The notes: generated by a model from the letters alone, not told the origin. A DNA stretch of 63,783 bases, filler included, from Calcarisporiella thermophila CBS 279.70 (GCF_041956535.1; 4 parts of 4 records of this genome joined end to end with filler, not necessarily neighbours in it), one strand, 5' to 3'. Counted from the first letter of the whole stretch, positions 27,480 to 40,200 are shown. Made by a program: numbers and translations.

Positions 27480-27950
27480 ATGTCAAATTCCTAGCTGTGA
27501 CTATGTAGCCATTTTAAATCTAAAAGATTCCTCGCGCATTGTGAACTCTTGGATAATTTGATGCAATTGCGAAAGTTGTTTTAATCCGCATCTGGGATGG
27601 TAGAAGGCGCCAACGAAAACCTATCTCTAGGCAGAGCAGCACGGTTGAACCTTCCCGCAATATACTCTGCTCTTGCCAGCGCATCCAATAATCATTGAAA
27701 CTTTCGACTGAGTGGAGGTTGGGATTTGAGTATCGGTAAACATGGAAAGGCATTAAAATGCTTTGGATTCTCCTAGTCTCCTTCGGTGCCACTACAATTT
27801 CTCACCAGGTTTCCTTCCGTGATTGGCCAAAGATCCATTCGCTAAAATTGGGTACTCACAAGAACATGACCTCTTCTATGCGCCTTGCTAGCTTGTAGGT
27901 GAGATCGTGTAGTGTAAGCTCAATGTTGAAACGTGGATTACTGCCTCAAT
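27480..27950 (-). mobile_element. Degenerate DIRS tyrosine-recombinase remnant
   Basis: APKETRR..PFHVYRYSNPNLHSVESFNDYWMRWQE and IKTTFAIAS..RVHNAR align with LKETRR..LFHVHRFPDPNLCPVECFIEYRRRWQE and IKTIFAIAS..RAHDAR of the DIRS copy at about 33 kb. Confidence 0.8.
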
Positions 27951-28208
27951 CTTGTCCACGTCACTTAAGCCACCCAATTTAACCCATAGGCTACAAGAAT
28001 TCACAAAACTAGTTGTATGAATGGTTAATTTCAGATTCTCTTATATTTTCAACGAGTTTGCGTCATTATTATGCGTTTTATATGTCCTTAATTGGAATCG
28101 GAGTTAGATTTTACAGCATCTCTCATAAAGACCGCTAGGAGGGTAATTGAATTTCCTTGACCGAATAAAAAAACCGTTCATCAGCAATAGCTGTCACTTA
28201 CCTTTGTC

Positions 28209-29493
28209 ATGCATCAAGTTAGAATTCAATTAATACTCCACGGTCAGATTGCATTTGCTGGAGCCAAAGGTGGCTGGGAGTCTGGGATAGTGTATTTAGC
28301 TTATCATGAGAGACACCTGTGTCTACTTGGCCAGACTTCAGAGTCCCAGATTGGTCCCCCCAGGGATGTTGAATATCTTCTGCCATACATTCAGTGCCGG
28401 ACTTTCGATTGCGCCCAAGTAACGAGTGAACCCCTTGAGTTTTTCTTAGAAAGTGAACTCAGAGATTGTCAAAACGATGAAATACTTAAATTAATAATTC
28501 AAACTGCTTCTGGTAGTACTAGTTCCAGCGACGAGCATCTTCATAGCATTTGCGTGGATAGTCAAATTTTCACTGAGGCGGATAACTGGTACATACTCAT
28601 GATAAATCGCGCTTGGACATTGGGGGGTGTTTACAACATTTTCTCTCTGAAGGGATTAGAGTTTGAAAGAACAAAGTATTTGATGTATGCAGCACAGGTG
28701 ATGATTTTAAGGGCAAGTAGTATTCCAATGGGCTCGATAAGGAGAATTAAATGCATCCTGGAAGCTTCTCCTGGGTTTGCATTTGGGGTCTTATTGTTTA
28801 TAAATGATGGTAAAAGTGATAACGGCAAACTGGTCGGTAACTCAACTGAGTTGAATTGGCAACAAAGTCATGTTGCCTTTAATGGCTCTGAACTGCAGTG
28901 TAGTGTTAGGTATATGACTCCCGATGTTTGTTGCAGAGTTGCTCACAGTAGACAGTGCATACACACAACCGCCAGAGAATGAAAATCTTGTGCCAATATT
29001 ATTGACCGTAGCTACTGGTATATCGATATGATTCAAAGCGGTGTCAGCGGGCCAGGCATATGGCCAAGACTTGAGTGGCCTGCACGGGATGCAGCGGTAT
29101 TCGCGAATGAAAAACATCCTGGCCACAACTATCTTTGCCTATACAGTTGCATCTGCTATAACTCTACTTTGCCGGAATGGAATTCATACAGCCGTTACGA
29201 CAATTATGCTGCAGGAGGTGGTATCGTTTTATGCTGTTGTGATGGCAACGTTGCCTTGCTCACAGCCCAGACGATGGGTTAATTGGCTGGCGGACGGACT
29301 CGTACCAGTACAGTTGATAGCCCTGGTATGGAGTATTGTGGGCTGGGTGGTGCTGGCTAGACCACCATTCTCTCTAAAAGGCGTTGCACCTTTGGGATTA
29401 TTTGTAATGGCCACAGGAATGGAGGTACCTCCTATTTTAGCCACCTTGGTCTACGGACATAGACACGCTAAATTTCTAATTTCTAATCCTTGA
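28209..29493 (+). pseudogene. Unknown protein with C-terminal hydrophobic segments; probably one disrupted gene
   Basis: 257-aa ORF ends at TGA, coding-like sequence continues, then a 150-aa hydrophobic ORF in another frame; no recognised motif. Confidence 0.35.
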
Positions 29494-30668
29494 TCGGCGA
29501 AAGCCACTCTCACCGATCAAGGATTAGCCCAGCTTCGCCAGCCATGTAATTATAGGTTGTTGAACATGCTTTGTGCGTATCTTGGTTTGGCAATATGGAT
29601 TATTTTTATTTTAATTTCGAGGGGCGGTCAACTGTAACCCACAAATTCTGCTATACCCAAAGCAAAATGAATATCAAATATGTCAATTTAATTATCTTCA
29701 CTTCCTTTTCAACCATCACTCAATAGGAAGTGGATGGACTGGGAGCCAACCAAGTTAACTTAATTGAGATTAGATATTTTGGAAGTGGTTGCCCATCCTA
29801 CATTTTCACCCCCCCCCATCTTGTCTCACAACTCCCTTATCTCGATCCTACTATATATTTCGGTTCACACATCCCGCAATATAATACAAATAAAAATGCC
29901 ATAGCAAGTTGTTAATTCTACCTGATTATTATCGATTTAAATTATCTATCCGGATGGAAATATTTGATTCTTGATAAAGTATTAACATAATCTGGAGCGA
30001 CAAAGAGTTAATACATTGCTGTGGTAGTTTTACTTCCACCATATCTATAGCATTGAAAACTATGTTGGCGCTCCCACGTTGAGAGGAAGATATCCATTAA
30101 GGTACATATTTCAGGATACTTTGTTATATATAGTTCAAAAGGGTTTATTGGCGCATTGAATCTGGATAGTTGCGTTGGATGAATTCAAAGAAGAAGAGTC
30201 GTTGCGTCTGACTAACAGAAACTTTATACAGAATAGCCCATCATCAACATAGATTTATACAAATACATGCAAATTTACTGATCTTTTTTTTTGTTATGTA
30301 GATCTCTCCTATGAAACAAAATAATATTTATTCGATTGCAATGTTTAAATGTTATTTACCAGATTGAATGTTACGTTTATATAAATTTTACTTAATTTAT
30401 AGATGTTAAGGAAGCTAAACTTCTGACCTCCGTCTCTTAAACTTTTCCGAAAAGTATTGAAAGCCTGTAGGTTTACTTGTACAATCAGAGTAAACCTGAG
30501 CCTGCAACCAATTCCAATACCTATACATTTTTGCTTGAGCAAATCATTGGCCAAATAATTTTATTAACTAAGGGATTTAAAAAATGTCAGCGAATTAACC
30601 AGGGCGTTAAGTTATTTTGCCACCCACCAGTCAGTGGTGTGCCATCTTACTAGTTGCCTACGCAATGA

Positions 30669-30899
30669 TTAACAGCTGTACATACATTTGCATCTTGAGC
30701 CTCCGTATAGGTAGCCTCCGTCACTGTACTTGAGACAAGAGGGCCATCTCTCCTCCGTCCATCGTTTGCACTCCTGCTCACAGCATGAATCGTAATTGCA
30801 AGCTGGCCCGGAAATCCAGTTTCGGCAATTGCCACAGTCTGCGCTAGCAATTGATGTAAAAACAGCAGCACAAGCAGTTAAGATCAGTAGTATCCGCAT
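30669..30899 (-). CDS. Secreted 10-Cys defensin-like peptide
   Basis: 20-aa signal MRILLILTACAAVFTSIASA; 56-aa mature region with CxxxC (CEQEC), CxC (CKC) and first and last Cys close to the termini. Confidence 0.75.
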   Translation of the reverse strand: MRILLILTACAAVFTSIASADCGNCRNWISGPACNYDSCCEQECKRWTEERWPSCLKYSDGGYLYGGSRCKCMYSC

Positions 30900-32149
30900 T
30901 GGCGTTACAGTGTTCAACTAGTCCAAAGGTCGTGATTCTGAAGATTTATTAACTAAATTCTCAAAGGGAACGCTAGCAGGGAAGATTTTTGATTAAATAT
31001 CCAGCGAGTTTAAATAGAAAACAATGAGATGATAAGAGTTTGAGATTCCCATGATCAACAAGTTATGAACTCCAATTTTTAGCTATAGGATGCCATATTT
31101 AGGATATAAAAAATTGGTGGTGTTGAAATCGAATCACGCAAAGTTCACCTGGTCTTATACTACAGTATACGATTATAGTTATTTCTGCATATAGTCAGCA
31201 TATATTTTAATTCAGTTGTTTAGTTAATCTAAAATACGATCACTATCTTTGAAGCCTTCAGCTAATAAATCATCGGCAATACATCACATTTTTTTGTGGC
31301 TTGCAATTAGAATATCTCTTAGGTTCTTAGTGATGCTAAGCAAACTTTAAAAAATCATTAATATTCAGATATATATTGAACAAAAATTTTATGCTTGAAG
31401 GTGTGAATTTCCAAGAAGTGTTGGACAAAATGCTAAAACTATGGCCATCTCGGTACTCTGACTGATACATCACGACGGTCTTATATCCATCTTGGACGAC
31501 ATTCGAATATCTCTTGAGATTCCTGTAAATCGCGTCAAACTTGATTTTGAGAATGTCATAAGAGAAGAATTTACAATATGAGTGCACAAATATCGAAAGG
31601 GATAGAACACACCCAAATCTGGTGAGGCAGAGAGGATGCGGTAAGAGAAGAATCCATTAGAGTGGCCCTTTAATTTAGATACATACAGTAGCTTCAATTT
31701 GCAGACACCTCCAGTTGTTCGAGAGAAGCAAACATTGTACTTGTATGTAGACTCTTAATCTTTTAAGAGCAATTCCATCGTGCTAGCAGCAATTGGAATA
31801 GCACCGAGAACTTCAGGTGTAATGCGGCTGTTATTCAAGTTTATAATGAAAAATGAATATACACTCAGTTGAGAGTATGGAATATGAGCGAGTAGATAAA
31901 ATTTCGTTTGATCAACTACATTTCGTAAGAATCTTTTCAGACATTTATCATAAATATGTTTTCAAATTCATAGGAATGTTCAAAATACGGCTCTTAGGAA
32001 CCACCTTAAATTTTATGAAACTTAATACTTTACTTTGGTCTATACAGCGCTCCCATATCATCTTTGAGAATAATCAGTAATAATCTGAAGATCCTTCATG
32101 GACCTACTTGTAATTATCTACTTGATCGACATATGGGTAATTCTATTTG

Positions 32150-32720
32150 TACCCGGGTATAATTACTAATTACCGCTAAGTCGGTTAATTACTGCTAAGT
32201 TAGTTAATTATTGTTTTATTTAACAGCAAGCACACTTTTATTACTCACGCGTAAAATTAAAATTTTATTATTTTTAAGTTGAGCGTAGCCTTTATAATAT
32301 AAAAATTTTCATTCTCCTTTGTAAGAATGACTATCATCTTCATTTCTGATCTCAAATCCTGTATGTTCAAAGATTGAGACGAAACAACTAAATGTATGAA
32401 TGATTATGCAGTTAGTATTGGGTTTGAAAGGAGGGTAGAACGCTCAGATCTTACTACTGGATTCCTCACTGCTCTAACTATTTCATGTTCACGATCAGGC
32501 CAACACAGTTCGAATAACGAAATACCTATGAGAAATGTATCAACAGTAAAATGCGATTGTACTTTCATATTGCGATTTCGATTTTCAAAAGCCTTAAATG
32601 CTTATCGCGTTACCTCTGGTAATATCGAGCATAATCATCCTTTGGAGCCCGAGGATATCCGTTTTGCTCGCAGATTTCGTAGACCCGACCTGAAACAGTT
32701 CAGTTTGCTCTGAACAGCTC
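32150..32720 (+). mobile_element. MULE/Mutator 5' fragment: putative terminus plus FAR1/WRKY-like DNA-binding domain
   Basis: DYAVSIGF..SCSRSG..STVKCDCTF..HNHPL is the FAR1-type signature; repeats TAATTACYGCTAAGT at about 32169-32205; truncated where the DIRS begins. Confidence 0.75.
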
Positions 32721-35700
32721 TATCCCTGCGGTAGTATAGGTCGAACGTAGTGGTGGAAGACTAATACCCTATTACGTCCACTGTGTCTACATTGAATCTT
32801 CTTAGAGCTAGGGTGGCTCCTGCCTTTCGCGCATCGTGGGCTCTTGCGTCGGGTGAGGCAATTGCGAAGATTGTTTTGATCCACCGCGAAATCGTTGAGG
32901 GCCTCGCAGGGCGAGCAATTCCAGGGCAGAGGAATACCTCTGAGCCTTGTCGCAGTTTACCCCGCTCTTGCCAGCGCCTCCTATATTCAATGAAACACTC
33001 TACTGGACAAAGGTTGGGATCTGGGAATCGATGGACATGGAAGAGTTTTATGATGCGCCGATTCCTTCTCGTTTCCTTCAGTGCTATTATCTCCCTTTCA
33101 TCATGGTTTCGCCGACCGCGACTGACTAAAGGTTCATGCGTGCTAGATCGGATACTCTAGAAAAGGTGACTACCGCCAGGAGTCATGCCAGCTTGTAAGT
33201 AAGATTGCGCAGAGATAGTTCATTGTTGGGCGTTCCTCTGAAATGTTCCAGAATTGGGGTGATGTCGGTAGTGTCTTCCGCCAGATTTAAGGGGGGCGCC
33301 AATCTGTCTACTGCCCTAAGGAATCTAGCGACGATGGAATCGAGATGAGATGGATGACTTGTCTGTAGTTCCCCGATGGCTGAGCGATATAAATGGCAGG
33401 AATCCGCCGTCCCTGTGTGTATTGGCTTGCCAGGAAATTAGCGATTGCCGCCGCAGGAGCAAGGAAAGAAGGCACGTCATTTGCCTTGCGTCACGCGAAC
33501 CACTTCTTCTACGCCGATGAGTAACTCTTGCACTTCTAAGGATAAGCCAATTGCGAATGCAATTCTTTCTTGATATGCGCCAAGCTGTCAAAAACCACGA
33601 CTTGATCTTGAGAGGGTATCTCGTTAGGGGTGTGGCTAGCTGGATCGCTTTCCTCGGAATTCTGACTGGCTTCGCTATGCTCAGCTGTTGAAGTAGGGGG
33701 AACCAGGGAGCTGATGGTCAGTGCGGGGTCACCAGCATCAGCTTGACCTGTTCCAGCAACACTTTGCGTAAGCCCCGTGCTATCAGAGCCCACGAAGGGT
33801 TGACATATGGGTTCTGATCCTTGCTCCAATCCTGCATTAGGGAATCCGTTGCTGCTGCTCCTGGCTCCGGGTGCCATGAGAGGAAACGCGGGAGACGGTT
33901 CGTGAGTCTGTCCGCGAATAGGTCCACTAAGTGTGATCCCCAGGCTTTCTCGATCTTGTCGAATGCCCGGTGGTCTATAAACCGTGCTTGGTTCGCCCTG
34001 ATCTCCCGAGATGCTGTGTCCGCCTTGGTATTCAGGTGACCGGGGATGTGTTCCGCTATCAATTGTACAGTATGTGTCGCTCCAGGCAGATTGTCCAGAT
34101 CTTCTTGGCAATCTCGTTGAGACGAGGAGAACGAGTCCCTCCGAGATTGTTGAGGTACTCCAAGGCCGTAGTGTTGTCCGTACGGATCAGTAAGGTTGTT
34201 TCCTTGAGAGAAGGAAAGGCCTCCAGACACAACTCCACGGCTTTGAGTTCCTTCCAGTTGATGTGGAGCTTTTCTCCTCCGGAGACCATGGACCCCCGAT
34301 AGTCGTAGACTGGTATTGCGTGCCTCAACCGTCGTCTGACGAATCGGTCGTAGCGCTTTCTGCTGGGGCCGGTGGTAGGAAGGAGCGACCGTGCCATTTT
34401 CCGAACTTCTCTGCCCATCAATCGAGCTCTTCCAACGCTTCCTCCGGTATTGTGAATGGGGTATCCCAAGCGGGGTTGGCATTCAGGGCTGAAGATAATG
34501 CCATCATTAGTGAGCGAGCGAATAGCCTTCCCTGCATGACGGCAGTTGTAACAGGACCAAGCCACCATCTCTCTATCCTGATTCAATATTTCCTTTTATA
34601 TGCTCATTGGTTCCACGCTGATTAAGGTTTATCTTGTTTACTATTTAAGCCTCGATCTTTGTTTATTATTCCTGGCCCATTGTTTGCCCATTCTTTGGCC
34701 CACCTTTGTCCATTTTGTCCATTATTCTAATTGAATTAAGACCACTTTTCATATATTCAATAAGAATCCGAATCATTAACAGTCTCAGAACTGTTACAGC
34801 AGTGCAGACTGCATTCGTAGTTCCCAGGAATGCAGCAAGCTGTCGAGGGGTAGTTACTCCGATCTTGTAGAGCCTGAGCGCTACCCTGGATATATCCCTA
34901 ACTTTCTTCCGCGGAAGGTTGAGAGTCATTTCCCGGATGTGAACCTTGAACTCCAAGTGTTCAATCTCTTGAGAAGGCGTTAGAGTTGACTTCTCGATAT
35001 TGACCACGAAGCCGAGCTTCTCCAAAGTGTTGATCAGCATTTGAGTGTGCATCTTGGACTCTTCTATCAACGATGCTGCAATTAGTAGATCGTCTAGGTA
35101 AGCCGCCACTCTTATCCCTGCCTTCCGGCACACCGTGAGGACTGGGCGTTGGACCTTGATGAATATCTGGGGGGAAGAGGTTAGTCCAAAGGGGAGAACT
35201 TTGAACTGATACTTCCTGCCACCCCAGATGAACTGGAGGTATTTCCTGGACTCCTGGTGGACCGGTACGTGCAGGAACGCATCCTTGAGATCTATCGAAG
35301 TCAACCAGCCGTCCTTCTGTATCAGGGGTAGAATTGACTGAAGCGTTTCCATCTTGAAGCGTTCCATCTTCAACGACTGGTTGAGTTGACGTAGGTCTAC
35401 CACTGGGCGGAGTTTGCCAGAGCTCTTCGATATGACGAGGATGTTGGAGAATATTCCTGGGGCGTCCTGTGGGACTTCCTGTATCGCCTGTTTCTCCAAT
35501 AGTGATCTCACCTCCTCGGAAATGGCCTACACGCCCTGGTGGTCGGCTAGGAGTCTCTTTGGAGGAGATAGGTGGTTGAACCTCGGTTATTTCCAGAATT
35601 GGATTTTGAAACCTTCTCTGATTATCTTGCGTATCCATAGAAGGGCGGGGATTCCTCGCCATGCGTTTCTGTATTTTCGCAAACATCCCCCGACCGGTAC

Positions 35701-36500
35701 GCGTGGCTCTACCTGTCGCGGGCTTGCGTCGGAAGCTAAACATTGAACGGAGAGGGCTGTTTTGCCCCGCCCGTCTTTTTCCAGTTTTTTGCTCTATTTG
35801 ACGAAGTGACTTGAGGTTGCTGAGCCGGGATTTGTTGTGGCTCCTCCTGGCGTGAGGTTGTCCGCCTCCTCTGTGAGCGATTCCGCTCTCTTTTATGCGC
35901 TACCAGATCTTCGCGCAATTCCTTTTCGTCAATGACGAAACTCTTCCCCAATATTTCGTGCAGTACAGCAGTAGGAATATTTGCTGCCTTGTATGCCCCA
36001 TGGTGACACGTAATCGTGATATGCGATGCAAGGCTGAAAATTAAATCACGCGCGTCTGACGCTCTTTGAGGTAACATATCGGTTACCTCCTCGCCCAATG
36101 CGTTCCGTACCCGTAGAATATCACCTAGCAGGATATCCAAGGTCCTGGAGATTAACATAATCTCCTTCGAGATTTCCGCCAGGTTCGCGTCGTGTCTTCG
36201 GGCGGTATTACCCTTGAATGACCAGATCGACGGGTTCATCAGAGGTGCGTCATACTTGAGGTCTGATCGGGGGGACTGCTGTCCCATATAACTTGTCGCT
36301 CCTCAAACGTGAGGATGAACACCGATGCGTATGGTGTTTTGTGCCCAATCGCGTCCGTTATATCGTCCGCTGGCGTCCACTGATGTCTCTCGCGGATAGG
36401 CACTGGAGAGAGTAGTGCCAAGAGAGATCCTTCAGTAATCGCGTGCTGATGCGTTGCTTGGATGGACGAGGGCATCATTTCTCAAACGGAATTATGCCAG
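32720..36500 (-). mobile_element. DIRS-type tyrosine-recombinase retrotransposon, decayed: gag, RT, RNase H, Dam-like MT domain, YR
   Basis: RT: LRPVVDLR, IDLKDAFLH, LPFGL, YLDD. RNase H: HINWKELKAV, TDNTTAL, HIPGHLNTKAD. MT: VDLFAD..NPYVNPSW. YR: FSRVSDL, LCPV, HDARK, G.*SSTTTFDLYY. Many stops and frameshifts. Confidence 0.92.
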
Positions 36501-37287
36501 CTCAAAAAATGGCCAAGGAGTTGCACTTGGAAAACGAGAGTTTTATATACTCTTGATTTATTCTCAGATTTTCTTTTAATTTCTTTAACATTTTCTATGC
36601 AAAATTCTCTAGAAGTAGCTCATTTGTCCAATAAAACGGCCTCATCATCGTGAAGCATGGACTGCTGACGTAGTCCGCATTCTATTGTAACTTAATGATC
36701 GCATCGAATGGTTGTATTTTTTCTATCCACCTTTGCTTCTGCTTTGTTAGATTTGGGCGAGACATTAAAGCAATGGCTTTCATTATCTGAATAAATTATC
36801 GCTCACCTGCCTTTTATATTTCCTCTATTGTTTCAATTAAGTTTAAAGGTTTTTGATCTCTAACAGCTTTTTGTTATGTGTTTCTGTAACAGGGTTCGAA
36901 TGAAAGACAATGGGATCTTATTGAAAATGGACTTTTGGTGAGAATTAATAATATAAAATATGCGAGTCTATATAAAAATACGAAATCAAAAAATGATTCA
37001 ATGGTGCTTCCAAAGATCTATGGTAGCAGTCTTCGATTTCTCAGCACCAGTTTTTCTGAATTCATATATTTTGGGATTGATATTTTGGCCCCAAAATGAT
37101 TTGAATAGCCTGATATAGTACAATAAAAAGTCAAGGTTTGGAAAATATCTTGATCAATTTAGCAAAAAAAAGCTTAGAGCTTACATAGTGAGAATATGTA
37201 TAAACTTTATCAATGGAATTGTTAATATTGAATACACTAACTAATTATTATCTCCATTTTGTTTTCATCGTGTGATAAGGCTAACAT

Positions 37288-37581
37288 TTAGGCTCTTCCA
37301 ATGTGAGAGTAGGCAGTAGCACCAATATTCCTCCATCCAGCTTGATCTACATAGAGATGCTTGCTACCACAACCTTGTTCATACAAATTGCAAGGAGGAT
37401 CACAAGCAACTGACACCAAGTGTTTAGTCCAATAGTCGGGAAGACGACCACATCCGTCACCAAGGGTTAATTGTTCACAGTATCCGGAAAAGGATTTACC
37501 AGTGCAGCCCTTAAACCATAGAGCATTCGTTTGGAGAGCAGATAAGACACAGAAGGAGAAAAGAATAATGGACTTTGACAT
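37288..37581 (-). CDS. Small secreted 6-Cys protein, beta/gamma-crystallin-like motifs
   Basis: Signal MSKSIILFSFCVLSALQTNA; C-TGKSF-SGYC and C-NLYEQG-C-GS repeats with intervening Ser, resembling the Greek-key (F/Y)xxxx(F/C)xG...S pattern; intronless. Confidence 0.65.
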   Translation of the reverse strand: MSKSIILFSFCVLSALQTNALWFKGCTGKSFSGYCEQLTLGDGCGRLPDYWTKHLVSVACDPPCNLYEQGCGSKHLYVDQAGWRNIGATAYSHIGRA

Positions 37582-39989
37582 TTTCTTAAGAGGACAAGTA
37601 GAGGAAAGTAATACGTACAAAAATGAGAGGGAAATGCTCTGGCTGGAGGATTTATATAAGAAATTTTTTCAGGTTCTGGCCAAGAAAACGGAGGTTTATA
37701 TAGGCAAATATAATAAATTTACAAATACTATACATAAGGTTGTAGAATTAAGTTTGTTCAAAAGGGATTATAGAGATTTTGGAGATGAAGCTAGTGATAA
37801 TTTTGGGTATCAAAAATGCACTGCCACATCTACCATTTAGCTGAGTAAATTTTATTGTGTAGAATAGGTACAAATTTCCATAAAAGAAAGATGCGCAGCA
37901 GATTATATATACACTATTTTTGTGGGCATTTGTATAGAATAAGTCATCGGATATTCTTTATATTCTTTATACAATACAATATAACTCTTAATTTATTGGT
38001 ATTTGTTGACCGCTATAGCAAAATCTGGCGGTGATTGGATGGGAGAATTATCATAATAAAGAAAATGATTTTTTTGCTAATGGTAGTTTTCCAGTCAGAT
38101 TGTTTTATATTAGGTAAATCAATAATAATTGTATAAAAGAGGTATATAACTTTTGAGATAGATACTATACTGAAGATTGAATACTCAATTGAAGGGGTCT
38201 ATCCTGCAGGTATTAGTTTAAGAAATAAAAAATGCGACTAATTTCAGACCGCCATCAATAGGAATTTAGGATATAAACTAGATTATCCAGATTCGAGTTA
38301 CAGGTTGCAATAATGAATTCTAGAAGTTTTAGTTTTGAGTTTATGGTAATAATCTAACTCAAAATTTTGATTTTGGCCTACACTCAGATAATAACTTCGG
38401 AACTAAAATTTAAGTAAATCTTTTAATCATACGGTTATACAAGTATCTTTCAAATGTAGGATATTTCGCATATCTGTCATACTCAGCCTCACAGCTGAGT
38501 GGTGGACTAGGTTACTCAATAGTGTTACAACGAGAATAGTAGGTGAGATCTCTAATGCACATAAAACGGAATAGCTATCGGCTATTCTCTTCCCATTACC
38601 CACAATTTATTTGAGTCTTATAGTATTTGAGAATTTAAACACGAGTTGGCTGAGTTTAGAAACATAGCCTCTTTGGTCGATGTCCCAAAACGCAAGCTCT
38701 TCGCTTTATAATTGCAACTACCCTATAGGAAGTCATATAGGGAAAAAAAATAGGGAAAACAGAGGAATAATGTGGAAAACATAGAGAATATCTCACTTTC
38801 CGTATGATTTCCTGATATTTCCCATAATTTTTAATGATTTTTATATGGATTTTAATATGGGTAATTCCATACCGATACACCATGGTGAAAATATACTCAT
38901 CCATTGCAGGAGTATTTACGGTGGGAACCACTCTGATATTTGCTGTAATTGTAGATTATAAGAGCTGTACTGACCAGCTTCACAGGTGGGATCACGGATA
39001 TCATAGATGTGATATCGTTATTTTAGGGTGGCAAGAACCAATTTATGTTGGGTGAGGATACCTTCACCTGGCAGCGACACTGTCGATGCTTCTTTGAGCA
39101 TGGCTGTAGAGGAGATTTCGCTGAGTTTCGCAACTCCTTTGGTTATAAAAACTTTCGTGACCAGCCAGCATTTAAGTCTGTGTATTGCTGGGAAGGTGTG
39201 GACTTGAAAAAATCGCCCTGAAGATAGTACCTAATTATAAAAACATATATGTAATTACCAGATACTTCTGTTTAGATTGGCTATACGTTTCACTATATAC
39301 TGTAAAATGAAGTTCTATGTGGCTTTGGAAGTATCCTTAGCGGTTATTGGGTTTTTTCTAAGAACAAGTTGCTTCAATTCCCCAATCTCACATACCATTT
39401 GGGCAATATTTGCTGCTTCGAATGAATTGCAGTCCCTCATTAGAACTTGGACATGTAATAAATAAAGGTTCAAGATTCTGTATTCGGGCTCAGGACTCAA
39501 GCTCTGGATTCAAGTGCTCACGAGTCAAGAATCAGAAGTTCAAAAAAATATATGATAGATTCATAAGATAAAAGCGAAAAACCAACCGATAATTTCAGTG
39601 AACAAAACAGATGAGTTTAAATAAAGATAAAAATGACTCGAAGATGAACACATATCAGATCAAACTAAAAAAAAATGCATCCTTCAATAAGTAAAGTAAC
39701 AAAAAGTATCAACAAACAACAAGTTAGCAAGATAACAACAATAGTGATGACTAATCGAACTTATCCATATGTAATAATATGATGATTTACTGTATTAAGT
39801 GCTCCGCAAAAGTTTCTGGATACCTCCATTTTTAATATTATGGATAGTATCTCCTATAAGATTATCAATACAAACAAATATTATATATTTTGCAAAAGCT
39901 TATAATATCGGTCCTCATACAATACACATAAAGATGCATTATGTTTGTGACTTGCAAAGGGTAATGGCGTTTAAAAACGGAGACTTTTT

Positions 39990-40200
39990 TGGGAATTATT
40001 GCTCTTTTTATCAGGGGAGGACTTTCTTCACGACTATTTAGGCTGGAGAATGGAAGATGATTGGATGATTTCTCCAATGAATAAAACTAGTAATAAACAG
40101 AAAAACAGTTATGACTGCGAGCCATTTGCATGCATGATTGCTGTTGCTTTGTATGATTGTCAGATCCAGCAAAGATTATCTGCACGCAGAAGTAGTTTCG
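39990..40200 (+). mobile_element. Ulp1-like (C48) protease remnant, probably MULE-derived
   Basis: KQKNSYDCEPFACMIA resembles the QxNxxDCGxF catalytic motif; surroundings are decayed. Confidence 0.5.

Noticed and set aside
31336-32100. Possible F-box/LRR pseudogene on the minus strand
   Set aside because: Only vague Leu periodicity across broken frames; cannot support a call.
28970-34450. TGA reassigned to Trp
   Set aside because: Intact host genes end in TGA and use TGG for Trp; the same elements also have TAG stops and frameshifts.
38720-38862. MITE-like foldback ACCC...GGGT with purine-rich and pyrimidine-rich halves
   Set aside because: Arms pair only loosely, no target-site duplication and no second copy in the window.
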